From the NCBI RefSeq assembly GCF_000150275.1, contig NW_002061063.1:1-7679 (forward strand): a stretch of 7,679 nt of DNA, in the 5' to 3' direction. Under the pieces are notes generated by a model. It worked only from the letters and a program-made list of their open reading frames with translations, searched no databases and was not told where the DNA came from. A program made the translations under genes and the position numbers. This document shows positions 1 to 7,668 of this stretch, piece after piece. The stretch comes from Trichoplax adhaerens. Taxonomy: Eukaryota > Animalia > Placozoa. The number at the start of each line of letters is the position of its first letter. Position 1 is the first letter of the stretch.

Positions 1-142
1 TAGATTATCTGTTGTTCTTTTTAGAAGTTTTTCAGTACTTGTATTTAGCTAGAGTAGAGCTGTGTGTAGCTAGTCTTTGTATTAGATCTAATAAAGTTCT
101 AATTTTCTACAACTTTGGAATTTTTGTGATCGGATTTCGTCA

Positions 143-1085
143 TAGCCCTACTTTAGTTTCAAATTATTTTTAAACGTAGAGAATAAATAGAATAAGAAAG
201 GACTACAAAAGATTTCAAGGAGAAAGAATGGTCAATACTGAAGTTTCAAGTCTGATGATTTGTTTATCGGGCTTATACCGACTAAAGTTTGGCAGACTAA
301 AGTTTGGCTATGGCACTAAACCTTATTTATTAATAGAATAGAGTATCAAATACTTTAAGTAACGGTTATGAGACTTAATTAGCTCAAAAGGCGATTTTAA
401 TCTTTAGATATGTAGATAGCAGAGCTCAATTATGTTTTAAGACATGATTTTCATTACAGTAACTGAATAGTTTCTACTTGTCTTTGGCATGTAATACTTG
501 CTAGTAAATCAATTGATAGCTATTCATGTATAGTATAAAATCTTAGATAACTCGGAATTAATTGGGATTTCAACTTAAAGCATAAAATAGAGCTAGATAC
601 GACAGAAAGTTAGCAAGTAATTTTATACTCCAAGTATAGTTATAATGATTGCCTATTAATTTTGAATTTCTTCTACTGTAAAATATGATATAGAATGTAT
701 CGACAGGTACCAGTTTACGAATAGGAAATATATCTTTGTCGTACTATTGAGTATTCATTGGGCCTAAAATTAGAATCAAAGGTTACATTACAATGTCTTA
801 TTTTTTAATTATCAGCTTCATCTATTAGTTTAGTAGTACACATTAATCAATTTTGATAATTGAAGAAAATTAAATTCTTATGTTTATGCAGTATTTGTTC
901 ACAATTAAATAACAATATTTGTATTGTTACTCTATTAAGTACATTATAAAGAAATGAAAAGTTAAAAAAAATTTTAGATCAGCCTCTATTAGTCAAGGCA
1001 ACCTAGATTCATTGAGACATTATAGACATTAGTATGAGATAATAGTATTAAATCCTTAGCCTTGATAAGTCTACGAAGCTATCGT
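143..1085. repeat. ~980-bp non-coding tandem duplication, unit A
   Basis: Collinear with ~1122-2047 along its whole length. Examples: TTTAGTTTCAAATTATTTT at 152/1131, AAAGAATGGTCAATA at ~223/1202, AGAAAGTTAGCAAGTAATTTTATAC at ~604/1558, CCTTGATAAGTCT at ~1060/2021. There are many substitutions and small indels. Confidence 0.9.
280..308. repeat. 15-bp-period direct duplication GACTAAAGTTTGGC(A) x2
   Basis: 280-294 and 295-308. The corresponding site in unit B (~1259-1273) has a single copy. Confidence 0.9.
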
Positions 1086-1121
1086 ACTATAAATAGAATG
1101 CATATAGACCGATTGGGCGGT

Positions 1122-2047
1122 TAGTCTTATTTTAGTTTCAAATTATTTTAAATTTCGAGAATGAACAGAATAAGAAAGGATTATAATACAATTTTAAGGG
1201 AAAAGAATGGTCAATATTGAAATTTTAAGTCAGATTATTTGTTAATCATGCTTATACCTACTAAAGTTTTGTTATGGAGCTAAATCCTATTGATTAATAA
1301 AATGAAGTATGAAATACTATTAGTAACGGCTATCAACTTAATTAGCCCAAAGATGATTTCAATCTTTGGACATGTAGTTAACAGAGTTCAATTATGTTTT
1401 AAGACATAATTTTGATTACAGTAACTTGATAGTTTCTACTTATCTTTGGTCTATAATACTTGCTAGAAAATCGATTAATAACCATTTATCTACAGTATCA
1501 AGTCTTGAATAGCTCAATTAATTAGAACTTAAAGTATAAAATAGAGCTAGATACGGTAGAAAGTTAGCAAGTAATTTTATACCATCAACGCATAGCTATA
1601 ATAATTAGCCTATTAACTGTCAATGTCTTCCATAAAATATGCTGCAGAATGTATTAACAGTTACCAGTTTATAAATAGGTAATACGTCTTTGCTGTACTA
1701 TTGAGTATTTAATGGGCCCAAAATTAGAATTAAAAGTTATATTTCAATGCCCATTCTAATTACTAGCTTCATTTTATTAGCTCCATAGCACACTCTAATC
1801 AGTTTTAATTATTAAAGAAAGCTTTCATTATTATATTTATATAGCATTCAATCACAATTAAATGAAAATATTTGTATCGTTGCCCTATTAGGTGTATTAT
1901 GGAGAAATATAAAATTGAATGAACTTTTGGCTCGGCCTCCATTAGTCAAGACAATATAGACTCGTCGAGACCCTATCGATGTTAGGATAAAATCCGATAA
2001 TAATAGCATTAAATCCTTAACCTTGATAAGTCTGTAAAGTTATCATG
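1122..2047. repeat. ~980-bp non-coding tandem duplication, unit B (right ~235 bp also present at ~5150-5385)
   Basis: Collinear with unit A (offset 979 at the left end, about 961 at the right end). A third, partial copy of the right end starts the second GPCR duplication block. Confidence 0.9.
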
Positions 2048-2180
2048 CAAAGTACACGAGATATAGCATGTATAAAATAAAGCCGACTAATGTTTACCGG
2101 CGACGATTTTTACTTAATGAGAGACGATTAAAAGTAGCATAATTATTATCAATTTCTTTGGCATAATTCAGTCAAGTATC

Positions 2181-2196
2181 AATGATTATAATCATT
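2181..2196. repeat. 16-bp perfect palindrome AATGATTATAATCATT
   Basis: Self-complementary by inspection. It is the positional homolog of AATGATTAAAATCATT at ~5517 and ~5672. Confidence 0.85.
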
Positions 2197-2509
2197 TTAA
2201 TTTACTATTATAAGGCTGTAATAATTTAACTAGTCTTGCTGATAGTCATTGAATATTGTGTATTGGTTAAGAGCTTGCTTTGATATTTTCCGGTTTAAGT
2301 TCGCCGGACGAGGGCATACGAGTATTTTTCATTTCTTGCACGTCATTTATTCGAATCTACGTGTATACTCGAAATAGCAAGAGAGTAAGTTCAAGAGCTG
2401 TCGTCGCCTACAGATTTCGATTTCTACCAGATTAAGTGCATGATAAAATCAGGAAAGCTGTAGAAGAGACTAATATCATCAAAAGATGATATCGTTAATA
2501 TAGCTTCGC

Positions 2510-2990
2510 AGTATAACAAGTTTTCATAATAGTAAGTAATTTTGATCCATCTTAAAAATATCGATTAGATAACCATTGACCGTATAAAGATTAAGCAAGT
2601 TCTAAGATTTTTTCGTGTCATGTTAGTATGTTAGTAATTTGGTCTATTTTAAAATGGCAACTAGATAACCATTAAGCTTATTGATAGAGAGTACGAGATC
2701 TAATATTATTCTGTCTCAAAGTTATTATGGTAGTAATTTGGTCTATCTGACTTTAGAATAAAAATTGGATAACTAGTAATCCCACAAATAGTGAGCAAGT
2801 ACTCTGACTTGATTTCGTTTCGAAGTTATTATTGTAGTAATTTGATCCGCTTTAGAATAAGGATTGGATAATAACTAACTTATTAAACAGTAAAGAGGTT
2901 CTCTATCATTATACTATATCAAAGTTACTATAGTAGCAATTTGATCCATTTCAGAATCAGAGTTAGGTAGTAATTGACGCTATAAATAGC
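2510..2990. repeat. Degenerate ~100-bp tandem array (about 5 units) immediately 3' of the GPCR pseudogene
   Basis: Anchor AG(T/C)AATTT(T)G(A/G)TC at 2535, 2633, 2732, 2836 and 2935 (spacings 98, 99, 104, 99). Each anchor is preceded by an AAGTTA(T/C)TA-like motif and followed by TT(T/C)A(G/A)AAT...(G/A)GATAA...AAA(T/C)AG-like motifs. Confidence 0.8.
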
Positions 2991-3068
2991 ACGCTATGCA
3001 AGCTATCTGAGACTAAGTGTCTAAGTGAAAAAAGATGCTGTATGTGATGTAGCTACTTTGATAATTAT

Positions 3069-4028
3069 TTATGATTTCGTATCACTACAATTATCACGAA
3101 TTCGAAGACATAAATCACATGCAGCAATTCTAATATTTTTATCGAAAACCAAAAACATAAATGGATTTACTAAGTAGGAAATGAGATTTGTTGAAAACGA
3201 TAACCAAATGATTGCTAAAAATTAAGAATTATCAAATAGTAGCTGAAATTGATTCTGATTGAGTATTGAATAAGTCAAGACAGATATAATATAGGGCAAT
3301 GTCAGTAATGTTTGTGCCAGTGTCGCGATAATAAAAACTCGAATAACGTTTCTTATCCGATTAATGGAAGATTCACGGTTATGAGATATAGCAGTGTTAT
3401 CAGATATTTGAGAAGATAAACTGATTGCGATACGTTTATAATTCCTTAACATTATTATTCCTGGAATCAAGTACACGAATAGTAAGGTAATCAAAAAATA
3501 GGCAACGTTGAAGATGTTACCATAAGGAAAGCCAAAGTCGCAGCTATTTGTGGCTGAATTATAAGTTCCTATTAGGAAAGCAGGGATAGCGAATACGACA
3601 CTTGTAAGCTAAGACAGTATAATAAACTTAGTACAATGTTTAAAAATAATTGTATTTCGAAATGTCAAAGGATAACTGACGATTTTTAATCGATAGATAC
3701 TTATCATAGTTAAACTTGTAATAGAGGTATTGACCGATGCAGCCGTAAGTTCATATGCAATTCCACATACAACTACACCAACAGGTCTAGACATTGAAAC
3801 GGTTGGGATTGCTGTAAGAGCATATACGTAGGTTACGACCGATGAAATAATATCGGATATAGATACATTAATAATGAAGTTATAAGATAAATCGTGTAAA
3901 TTTTTAGAGAACGCCACGATTGCCACTAGAACGATATTGCTAACCAATGTCAATGTAGTAAGGGAAAACTGTGTTATTATAAAAGCAGAAATTTCTAGCT
4001 GTTGCGTAAGAGTAGTATTATTGAACAT
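3069..4028 (-). pseudogene. Disrupted paralog of the class A GPCR at 6709-7668 (two in-frame nonsense codons)
   Basis: ORF-track pieces 3609-4028 and 3222-3494 are in the same frame. Reading through the stops gives a continuous 960-nt frame collinear with the intact gene at a constant offset of 3640 nt, with no indels. It ends ...VNPFMFLVFDKNIRIAACDLCLRIRDNCSDTKS-TAA (3069-3071). Stops: TAG at 3609-3611 (codon 140; TGG/Trp in the paralog at 7249-7251) and TAA at 3222-3224 (codon 269; CTA/Leu in the paralog at 6862-6864). Confidence 0.88.
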
Positions 4029-5381
4029 AATCGATGAGTTGGATGTTTGGTTTACCTCTATTGCAAAAGATTAATGCTATTAAATACGCATATTTAGCTA
4101 TAGAATGACTAAATTTGTTAATACTTGATTGTAATTTAACGCTTCTTGATTGAATTGAGTTTAGAAATGCGTTCAACGCGATTGAAGAGAATTTTCCTAA
4201 TTTTACTCTGTAGCCTAAGCCGTATTGCAACTATCTCAAGTGCATTAATACTTTAAATTTACCAGCTGTAACACCTGGTAGTAGCGTTTCACACTAATTT
4301 GTTATACTTAATTAAGTAATTTTCTCTTGACTACTATACTGTATAATTATTTATCTAGTGTTATTCATTGCTAGAAGATATTGCTGATAATATTCTTAAA
4401 ATTGCAAAGCAATTGTAAAATTATCGTTAAAACGTTAAATAAGAGCTGATTGAATTGCTTATTGTTATTACCATACTTTTGCACAATGTTAGCATTCGTG
4501 TAGTGCAGAAAACTATTTTTGAGTAGAGGAAATGGTCCTTCTCGGTCAGTTTGGGAATATGTTGAAAGGCAGTTATTTTGTTAGATAAGATTTTTTGGAC
4601 TTTATATTTGAAATATTTCTGTAAGAGTCCCTGATATTGCGCTTTTGCCATGTTTTATTAGTGATACAAGGGTGTGTTCGAATATGTTTACAGTTAATTA
4701 ATAAATGATTTAAGGAAGACTTTCTAAATGCGTACAACGCTTTCATCACTTAAGAAGGGACTAATAAAGACTTCATTTACTGTATTTTCCTGCACTTTTA
4801 TTAAATTTGTCGAGCAAGCACGTTTAACACAATGTCAATTAACTAATTATTTAATGGAAAGAAAGAGACCTTGGAATTCCCACGGTGCACAATAATATAA
4901 ATAAATACTACAATACTATAGAGGGAAATTCAAGTACTGTATTAAACGGTAGGTACATAATATAGCGCAGATACAAGATCCCTACGTTAGGAATCGAGCG
5001 AGGTCTGTCTTGAAATCCTCGCGAATACGACGACTAGGTTATGAGATCGCAAGTAATAGTGAAGACGAAATGAAAATATAAGAAAATCGTAAATACTACA
5101 TTTTTGATTAATGTGTGGAACCCCGACCGGAGTGCCAGCCCGGTTAGTAAATAAAAGAACTGTAACATATATTTATGGAATCTTCTATCGCAAATAAATG
5201 AAATTATTTCTATCATTGCTCCATTTAGTGTATTATAAAGAAATAAAGAGTTGAACGAACTTTTACATCGGCGTCTATTAGTCAAGACAATCTAAATTCA
5301 TTGAGATCATATAGATGTTAGTGGGAAATCGTATAATAATAGTACTAAATCCTTAATCTTGATAAGTCTGTAAAGCTATTG

Positions 5382-5692
5382 CATAAGGTAAAGAAAATAC
5401 GTACAGTTTGTATAAAATATAATTAGCTAATGTTCATCGACGACTGCTTTTACTTATGGAAGGCGATTAAAAGTAGCGTAATCGTTGTCTATTTCTTTGA
5501 CATTCAGTCAAGTGTCAATGATTAAAATCATTTTAATCATAAGGTATAGAAGATACGTACAGTTTGTATTAAATATAATTGGCTAATGTTCATCGACGAC
5601 AACTTTACTTATGGAAGGCGATTAAAAGTAGCGTAATCGTTGTCTATTTCTTTGACATTCAGTCAAGTGTCAATGATTAAAATCATTTTAAT
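5382..5692. repeat. Near-perfect 156-bp tandem duplication (5382-5537 / 5538-5692)
   Basis: Both units begin CATAAGGTA and end ATGATTAAAATCATTTTAAT. I count about 6 substitutions and one 1-bp indel. The homologous segment in the other block (~2045-2200) is single-copy. Confidence 0.95.
5518..5540. repeat. 23-bp palindrome ATGATTAAAAT-C-ATTTTAATCAT
   Basis: Perfect 11-bp inverted arms with a 1-nt centre, spanning the 5537/5538 junction of the 156-bp duplication. Confidence 0.9.
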
Positions 5693-5844
5693 GTATTATT
5701 ATAAGATTATGATAATTTAACGAGTCTTAGTGATAGCCATTACGTATTGCGTATTAGTTAAGAGCGTACTTTTGTTATTTTTCCAGTTCACGATCACCAA
5801 ACGAACGTTATACGCGTACTGTATTTTTCATTTGTTGCATGTCA

Positions 5845-5850
5845 TTTATT
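5845..5850 (-). terminator. Candidate polyadenylation signal AATAAA (homologous copy at 2346-2351)
   Basis: TTTATT on the + strand is retained at the homologous position downstream of both GPCR copies. The hexamer is common in AT-rich DNA (another occurs at 6263-6268), so this is weak support. Confidence 0.18.
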
Positions 5851-6004
5851 TCAAATGTATACTCGAAATAATAAACACATAATTTCAAGTGCTGTCGCTG
5901 TCTTACAGATTTCGATTCCATCAGATTAAGAACAAGATACAATCAGGATAACTGTAGAAGAGGGTGATATCATTAAAAGATAATATCGTTTAACATACTC
6001 CAAA

Positions 6005-6640
6005 GTATAACAAAGTTATCACAGTAATCATTTTGATCCATTTGAAAATAGCGATAAGATAACCATTATTAACAGCATAAAGAGTAAGCAAGTTCTAACA
6101 TCTTATACGTTGAACATGTCAATAGCGAGCAAGAGCTTTAACAATATTTCGTATCAAAGTTATTGTAGTAGTAATTTGGTCTATCTAATTTCAGAATAAG
6201 GAGTGGATAACGATTAACCCCATAAATAGTGAATAAGTGCTCTAATACTATTTCGCATCCAATTTATTACAGTAGTAATTCGGTCTAGTTAATTTTAGAA
6301 TTTTTCATTTGTTACATGTCGTATATTTCAAATGCATACTCGAAGTAAAAATTTGATAAGCTCAAATGCTGTCGTTGACCTATGGCTTTCGATTTTCACC
6401 AGATTAATTATGTGATAAATCACGATAACTGTTAATATCATTTCTCATCATAAAGTGCATTAATTTAGTATAATTTCGGAAATTGAATCTATAATACAAC
6501 AATATTAATATGAGATAACAATTAACCTGTTAAATAGAGAACAGGTCTTCTATCGCTATTCTGTATCTAGATTACTATAGTGGTAATTAGATCTATTTCA
6601 GAATGATGATTAGGTAGTAATTAATGCTATAAATAGTATG
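6005..6640. repeat. Rearranged copy of the ~100-bp array, 3' of the intact GPCR
   Basis: Anchors at ~6026, 6170, 6274 and 6582. The 6170-6274 spacing is 104. There is a partial unit at ~6110-6170, and the array is interrupted by the duplicated segment at 6301-6441. Confidence 0.72.
6301..6441. repeat. ~140-bp diverged direct copy of 5824-5973 (also homologous to ~2325-2480) lying inside the array
   Basis: TTTTTCATTTGTT.CATGTC...ATTTCAAATG.ATACTCGAA...TCAA.TGCTGTCG...TTTCGATT...CAGATTAA...GATAACTGT is shared in the same order. Confidence 0.8.
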
Positions 6641-6708
6641 CAAGCTATTTAAGACTAACTGTCTAATGAAAATGTTACTGCATCTGATGTTTGTATTCGA
6701 TAAATTAA

Positions 6709-7668
6709 TCATGATTTCGTAAAACTACAGCTATCATAAATTCGAAGACATAGATCATGTGCTACAATTCTAATATTTTTATCGAAAATTAAGAACATAA
6801 ATGGATTTACTAGGTAGGATGCTATATTGATAACGAACGATAGCCAGACGATTACAGAAAGTAGGGGATTATCAAGGTGTAACTGAAATTGGTTCTGATT
6901 GAGTATTGAGTAAGTTAAGACTGATATAACATAGGGCAATGTCAATAATGTTTGTGCCACTGCCGCGATGATAAAGACTCGAATAACGCTTCTTGTGCGA
7001 TTAATAGAAGCGTTACGGTCTTGAGCTATAGCAGTATTATCGGATATTTGAGAAGATAAACAGATTGCGATACGTCTGTAATTCCTTAACATTATTATTC
7101 CTGGAATCAAGTAGACAAATAGTATGGTTATCGAAAAATAGACAATGTTAAAGACTTTATCATAAGGGAAGCCAAGGTCACAGCCTTTCGTTTCTGGATC
7201 ATAAGCTCCTATTAGGAAAGCAGGGATAGCGAATACGACGCCCATAAGCCAAGAGAGTATAATAAACTTAGTACAATGTTTAAAAATGATCGTGTTGCGA
7301 AATGTTAAAGGATAACTGACGATTTTTAATCGATAGATACTTATCATAGTTAAACTTGCAATAGAGGTGTTGGCTGATGTAACCATTAATCCATATGCTA
7401 ATCGACATATAACTACACCAACAGGCCTAGACATTGTAACGGTTGAGATTGCTGTAATGGCATATGTACACTGTATGATTGATGAGAGAATATCAGATAT
7501 AGATACATTAATAATAAAGTTATAAGATAAATCATGTAAATTTTTAGAGAACGCCACGATCCCTACTAGAGCGATATTGCTAACCAATGTCAACGTAATA
7601 AGGCTAAACTGGATAATTATAACAGCAAAATTTTCTTGCGATTGTGTATCAGTAGTATTATCAACCAT
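6709..7668 (-). CDS. Intronless orphan class A (rhodopsin-like) 7TM G-protein-coupled receptor, 319 aa
   Basis: Seven hydrophobic segments with class A anchors at the expected spacing: N1.50 (LVSN), D2.50 (NVSISD), C3.25 exactly 25 residues before R3.50 (VIC...SIYR), S3.39, W4.50 (ILSW), ECL2 Cys (KGCD), P5.50/Y5.58 (LIPGIIMLRNY), P6.50 (TLPY), N7.49-P7.50 (VNPFMF) and a helix-8-like FDKNIR followed by Cys residues. There is an N-terminal N-glycosylation sequon (NTT). The ORF-track start at 7674 is TTG. The first ATG is 7666-7668 and aligns with the paralog's ATG at 4026-4028. Stop TGA at 6709-6711. An upstream exon beyond the window edge cannot be excluded. Confidence 0.9.
   Translation of the reverse strand: MVDNTTDTQSQENFAVIIIQFSLITLTLVSNIALVGIVAFSKNLHDLSYNFIINVSISDILSSIIQCTYAITAISTVTMSRPVGVVICRLAYGLMVTSANTSIASLTMISIYRLKIVSYPLTFRNTIIFKHCTKFIILSWLMGVVFAIPAFLIGAYDPETKGCDLGFPYDKVFNIVYFSITILFVYLIPGIIMLRNYRRIAICLSSQISDNTAIAQDRNASINRTRSVIRVFIIAAVAQTLLTLPYVISVLTYSILNQNQFQLHLDNPLLSVIVWLSFVINIASYLVNPFMFLIFDKNIRIVAHDLCLRIYDSCSFTKS

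Larger units (their letters stand above)
1810..4040. repeat. Segmental tandem duplication, copy 1 (GPCR pseudogene plus ~1.25 kb of its 3' flank)
   Basis: Collinear diverged similarity to ~5150-7679. Examples: TTAGTCAAGACAAT at ~1942/5278, TAAATCCTTAA.CTTGATAAGTCTGTAAAG at ~2010/5346, CGATTAAAAGTAGC at ~2125/5464, TACAGATTTCGATT at ~2409/5904, then the ~100-bp array and the gene. Boundaries are approximate. Confidence 0.85.

Noticed and set aside
143-2047. LTR pair or autonomous transposon
   Set aside because: The units are nearly adjacent with no internal coding region. I could not identify TG...CA ends, terminal inverted repeats or a target-site duplication.
2633-2935. 99-bp period as a decayed ankyrin (33-aa) or other repeat-protein gene
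   Set aside because: The frames I translated hit frequent stops, spacings of 98 and 104 break the frame, and I saw no ankyrin or TPR consensus. SNLVYLTLE at 2732 looks faintly LRR-like but is too short. Not every frame was checked; a translated HMM search would settle it.
2510-2990. CRISPR-like array (conserved core at regular spacing)
   Set aside because: The cores are degenerate, the intervening sequences are homologous to each other rather than unique spacers, the period is ~100 bp, there are no cas genes, and the context is eukaryotic.
3222-3611. Two separate small genes, or introns removing the stops
   Set aside because: The sequence is codon-for-codon collinear with the intact paralog across both stops, leaving no extra intronic sequence. 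The 3494 start is a TTG Leu codon in TM5.
3069-4028. Alternative genetic code (TAA/TAG as sense) making this copy intact
   Set aside because: This copy ends in TAA at the codon homologous to the paralog's TGA stop. The intact gene has no internal TAA/TAG in 319 codons, and the two stops align to different residues (Trp and Leu).
4018-4230. 70-aa ORF
   Set aside because: TTG start, no recognisable domain, and out of frame with the GPCR start it overlaps. Probably a chance ORF.
4427-4651. 74-aa ATG-initiated ORF
   Set aside because: Short, with a composition typical of translated AT-rich DNA and no recognisable motif. It cannot be supported without expression or homology data.
5034-5285. 83-aa ORF
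   Set aside because: TTG start, it straddles a duplication boundary, and the homologous segments at ~860-995 and ~1810-1950 yield no equivalent ORF in the track.
6709-7668. Opsin or aminergic receptor identity
   Set aside because: Position 7.43 is Ile rather than the retinal-binding Lys, and position 3.32 is Met (Thr in the paralog) rather than the aminergic Asp. No gene symbol is justified.
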